Origin: Mobula hypostoma
Lineage: Eukaryota
DNA length: 64,000 bases
Assembly: GCF_963921235.1 (NCBI RefSeq)
Contig: NC_086097.1
Span: 195,364,001-195,428,000 of the forward strand
Direction: 5' to 3'
A program made the translations under genes and the position numbers. Within the stretch, counting starts at the first letter, position 1; each line of letters starts with the position of its first letter. Shown piece after piece: positions 59,551 to 64,000 of this stretch. A model generated the notes under the pieces. The model worked only from the letters and a program-made list of their open reading frames with translations, had not been told where the DNA came from and did no database searches.

Positions 59551-61200
59551 GGACCCTGCCCAGCTACTCAAATCTGTTCCAAATATGGAATATCATTCAT
59601 ACCAGTTCCCCATATGTGGGAGATGACCCATGCAGGGAAGTGAGTGCTTCTACGATGAACTGTCCTCGTGCACTAGATTCTAAGACCCTGCCCACAATAT
59701 CCTGATCGTGTTAGAGAACTCTAAAACACTGTTCACATGGATGTTAATTGTTTAAAAGACTAGACTTACTTTTATAAGTTTTTTTATATAATTTGAAATA
59801 TAAATTTGTAGAAAATAATTAAGAAATAAATAAGCAAAGCACATGTTATCAAAGAGTCAGCAACTTTATTAAAATGAATGAGACTTGATACTTTGGGCAA
59901 ACAGCACTGTCATTAAGCTGAGTGGACAGAGGCGAAACTCTCTGCAGAACCACTGCTAATGTCAATTCCAGCCATTAATCCAAGGGCAACGTGGAGGTCA
60001 TTGGCAGAACTTAAAATTAAAATCACGCAAGTCTCTAATGAATCTTGCATATGCAAAAAATGTTTACACTATTGCTCATAGCTTTGAGCATCATAATGAC
60101 ATTATCCACCTTCTTCTGAGAGAGCTGCCACTCCAGATATCTCCACCAATGCTAGCTGTTATTCACTACAGTGCTTAACATGTTAGAAAGGTTTGCATTC
60201 CAACAATTTTCAGGTAAAAAGGAGTTTCTAATGAGGATCATAAGAAGGAGTTTGGGCTATTAAAGTTTGTTCTGTCGTTCATTGAGGTAATACTAATTTG
60301 AGACCAAACTGTATAATTCCATAGTAAATTTATTTTCAAAGTATGCATATGTTACCATAGGCTACCTTGAAATTAATTTCCTTACAAGTAATTATAGGGC
60401 AAAAAAGAAATACAATATAATTTTACAATTTCAGATTTAAATTAAGTAGTTAAACTAGCATCAATTGATCTTTGTGCAAACAAGTTCACATTTTATGTAT
60501 TCTTATTGTCTAGAGATACTTCTTAATTTATTCCTTAAAAACTTATCTCTCATCTTCAGATGATTACCCTGATCTTCCTAACCACTCCTATCAGACTATC
60601 TAATATGAATTGTTTCCTAATGTAAGACTCATCACCTGCTCCTTAGAGAAATTTGTGGCCTCGAATAGAGACCAAAGGTGAAATGCAGGAAATGTTAATT
60701 CCTGTTTCACATACATTGCATTAATGACACAGTTATTATTCTAGAATATTGAAAATCAATGTGAAATGTATGAAGATTCAATATGTTGGGACTAGAGGAA
60801 AATGTTTTACTTAGAGGGAAAGGTTACAGAATTGTCCCCAGCCATTAACCTGCATGACAAAAAAGAATATTAAAATACCTTTAAGAATAAAAAAACAATT
60901 TGTTTTAACAAAATATAAATATATCAAAGGTATTAAACAAAAAAGGTGATAATGGAAGAAATAAAATGAAATTAGTGAAGAGCAAGAAATGAGGAGAGAA
61001 AAAAACTAAATGCAGTTGTCCCAGTGTCAGATCCATCTTAAAGTGGTGCTGCAACCACCTCAGCTACAAATGTATAGTTAATTATCCAATAGAGAGTGGT
61101 AATAAAATAGTTACACATTCCATAAGGTATCATTAGGTCATGCAGGAAAGACAAATTTGCTTATCATTGAAAGGTCTGTGCAATATCTCATACATGAACT

Positions 61201-61281
61201 CCCTGAAGAAGGGTCGGCTCTTTTTCCCTCTCCATGGATGCTGTCTGACCTGCTGAGCAACTCCACCATTTTGTGTGTGTT
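61201..61281 (+). mobile_element. Short PLE tail fragment with deleted hammerhead
   Basis: 'cctgaagaagggtc...tccatggatgctgtctgacctgctgagcaactccaccattttgtgtgtgtt'. Confidence 0.7.
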
Positions 61282-62332
61282 ATTTCTTTCTTATCTATCC
61301 AGTTATTAGCAGAGAATCTCATGCAATATTTTATCTTCTCTGCCCTCCTTTAGTTCATTTAGTATTTCCCACCCTGTCCCAACACTACATAATCTTTCAA
61401 ACTTAAAATCCACTGAGGTGCGTGGGTTCCTATAATTGTAGTCTCTTGGTCATTACAAAATGCTATCATTGCTGATTGCATTTTCAAGAAGCACACTGCT
61501 AAGGTGTGCAATTCCCTCCCAAAACCTCACCACCTCACTTAATCTTTCTTTCTTTATTGCGCTTTAAATTTTACTCTCTCTTTGAACTGAGCTAACATTG
61601 TGTTGGGAACCAAATCTGTGTCCATGTCTTCGCTAGGTAAATCTAGCCAGTTGCCACTACCTTGTGTTGGGAACCATCTCCTTGTGTTCAGCATTCTGTG
61701 TATCAGTCCCAGCTCATGAAAAAATGTAATTTTTGAAATTACAACTAAATATCATTGAGCTGAAGACTTAACTCTGTTTACCTTTCACCACAGGTGCTGG
61801 CTGACCTGGTAAGTATTTGTAGCATTTATGTTGACTTTTGATAACTCATTATAATTTCCTAACAATGCTTTCCAGGGAATTATCTCACACTCTGTTATTA
61901 CTATTAGATTGTCTTATTCAATAATAGAATAAATATCATTTAATTAATATCTCCAAGTATTTGTAGCCAAGTAAATACAGGCTCACTGAATCACACTGCA
62001 ACAGTTACATTAAAAATACTGTTGAGGTATTGTTATGATGCCAACCTATCATGCCTATTCAATTTCTCAAAAAATCTGAAGCAAATCACATACAAAAATG
62101 TCTTCAAGTATTCCTAAAGTCTTTCAGGTAATGAATACCAGATTTGCATAACTCTCAGGGAATAAAAGAGCTCCTCATTTCCCCTTGGCTTATTTTGCCA
62201 ATTATTTTAAATCTGTGATCAGTAATCAAAGCATCAGAGAAGATTGCTTCTTATTAGCTTATTCATCAATCTTCATAATGTCATATCCTTTAAAAAGCCT
62301 TGGCTTAACTTTCACTGCTTTGAAGAGAAGGC

Positions 62333-63508
62333 TGTCATAAGGGGGCACTGGGAACGGACCCAAATGCAAGACACAGACACTGAAGTACTAGGAACAGGAC
62401 TTGACTAGAGAGCTGGGACAGGAACACAGAATTGGGCTAGGACTTGGCTAGGAAAGTGGGACCTGGATGAGGAACAAGGATCTTGGAACCTGGACAAGGA
62501 CTCTGAGCCAGAGACTGGACAGGGACCCGGAACCTGGGTCTTGACTCGGGCTCGGACCCTGGATCCAGGCGAGGACAAGACATGGTTACAGGACGAGGAG
62601 TAGCAACAGGCTACAGGACTGGACATGGAACTCCTGCACAGGACGAGAACACAAAGCCTTGGCCTGGACTAGATGAGGTACTCCTGGGCTGGGTGAGGCA
62701 CAAGGACAGGACAAGACCCCAAAGCCTTGACTTGGTCTTGGGAGACAGGAACGCAGAACACAGAGCCTGGTAATCTTGGGAGACAGGAACGCAGAACACA
62801 GAGCCTTCGTCTTGAGAGACAGGAACATGGAACACAGAGCCAGAACCCCTCCTTGGGAAAAGGATGTAGGGCTGGGACTCATACACGGAACACAGAGCCA
62901 GAACCCCTCCTTGGGAACAGGACATAGGGCTGAGACTCATACACAGAATGCTGAATACGACGAGATGGTTCCTAACACAAGGTAGCGGGAAATGGCCAGA
63001 CCTACTTAGCGAAGGCGTGGACACAGAGACAGTTCCCAACACAATGTAGTAGCAAATGACCAGACCTACCTAGCGAAGGTGTAGACACAAAGATGATTCC
63101 CAACACAAGGTAGCAGCAAATGGTTGGACCTACCTAGCGAAGGCATGGACACAGAGACCGTTCCAAACAATGAAAATAGTTCCTTAACTAGACACAGCAA
63201 GGCTCCAGTCTTGCTCCAGCAGTAGAACTTGACAGTGATACAGGTGAGGACACAGGCGAGGTAGCAGGCAAGTCTTCAGGCCAAGGCTTCAGGCAGAGGT
63301 TGCAGGCAAGGCCTCAGGAGGAAGGGGAAGGGAACAGTCCAGCAACTGAAGCTGAACCCAGGAGCTATTTATGTAGCCAGCCCAAAATGAGAATTATGTG
63401 CCTCAATTAAGGCAACAACAGAGCAAAGCAAAACCAGATAACCTGGACTATGGGTCAATGGACCAGATCGTGGACCGGAATGCAGACTTCACGGACTGGA
63501 CCATGACA
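62333..63508 (-). mobile_element. Large solo LTR with internal tandem repeats
   Basis: Inverted termini TGTCAT...ATGACA. TATA-like TACATAAATAG on the minus strand near 63370. Internal repeats of about 36 bp and about 60 bp. TSD is poor (AAGGC/AGTGC). Confidence 0.7.
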
Positions 63509-63609
63509 AGTGCATCCTTTTCTTCCAGTCTCCCTATATAATTGAAGACCCTCAACATCTCTGCCATCCTGATAACTCTTCGGCAACTCTTCCTACCTAC
63601 AGCAAAGAT

Positions 63610-64000
63610 ATCAGTAAGATTGAAAGAGTACAAAGAAAATTTGCAAGGCTGTTGCCGGGACTTGAGGACCATTTATAGAGAAAGACTGAATAGGTTTTGA
63701 TTTTATTTCCTGAAGCACTGTGTTTGAAAGTCAGGAGGTTATGTTGCAACTTTATAAAACTCTGGTTAGGCCACATCTGAAGTATTGTGTATAGTTCTGT
63801 TTGCCCTACTGTAGGAAAGATGTTGAGGCTTTGGAGAGGGCACAGAAGAGGTTTGCCAGGATGCTGCCAGGTTTACAGGGCATGTGCTAACACCAGAGGC
63901 TGGATAAACTTGGGTTGTTTTCTCAGGAGCATCAAAAGATGAGGGGAGATCTGATAGAGGTTTATAAAAATATGAGAGGCATAGATAGAGTGGACAGAGA
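63610..64000 (+). mobile_element. CR1 ORF2 C-terminal fragments (running off the window)
   Basis: LYKTLVRPHLKYCV, ALERAQKRFARMLPGL and RGDLIEVYK. Confidence 0.88.

Noticed and set aside
62735..63170. CRISPR-like regularly spaced repeats
   Set aside because: Units are whole tandem duplications without unique spacers, there are no cas genes, and the context is eukaryotic.

Overview
Eukaryotic, repeat-saturated vertebrate DNA with no recognisable intact host protein-coding gene. The repeat mix suggests a cartilaginous fish, probably a ray (inference only). Most of the window is nested, mostly decayed transposable elements: about a dozen CR1 LINE copies (SGNH-esterase ORF1, APE endonuclease, RT), Rex1/Babar-like LINEs, an I/Nimb-like LINE fragment, an internally deleted Buster/Charlie-type hAT transposon, a Gypsy remnant, solo-LTR candidates and non-autonomous 0.5-0.8 kb retro-elements. 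The most interesting signal is a set of about 10 Penelope-like element (PLE) insertions from two families whose 3' ends carry minimal hammerhead ribozymes (CUGANGA...GAAACGUC). Three of them are inverted (fold-back) insertions. Target-site duplications are 13-15 bp where they can be read. In one insertion (18016-18201) an arm begins within 1 nt of the predicted ribozyme cleavage site. AT-rich unique stretches between repeats may be conserved non-coding elements, which cannot be confirmed from sequence alone. Boundaries of old elements are approximate.
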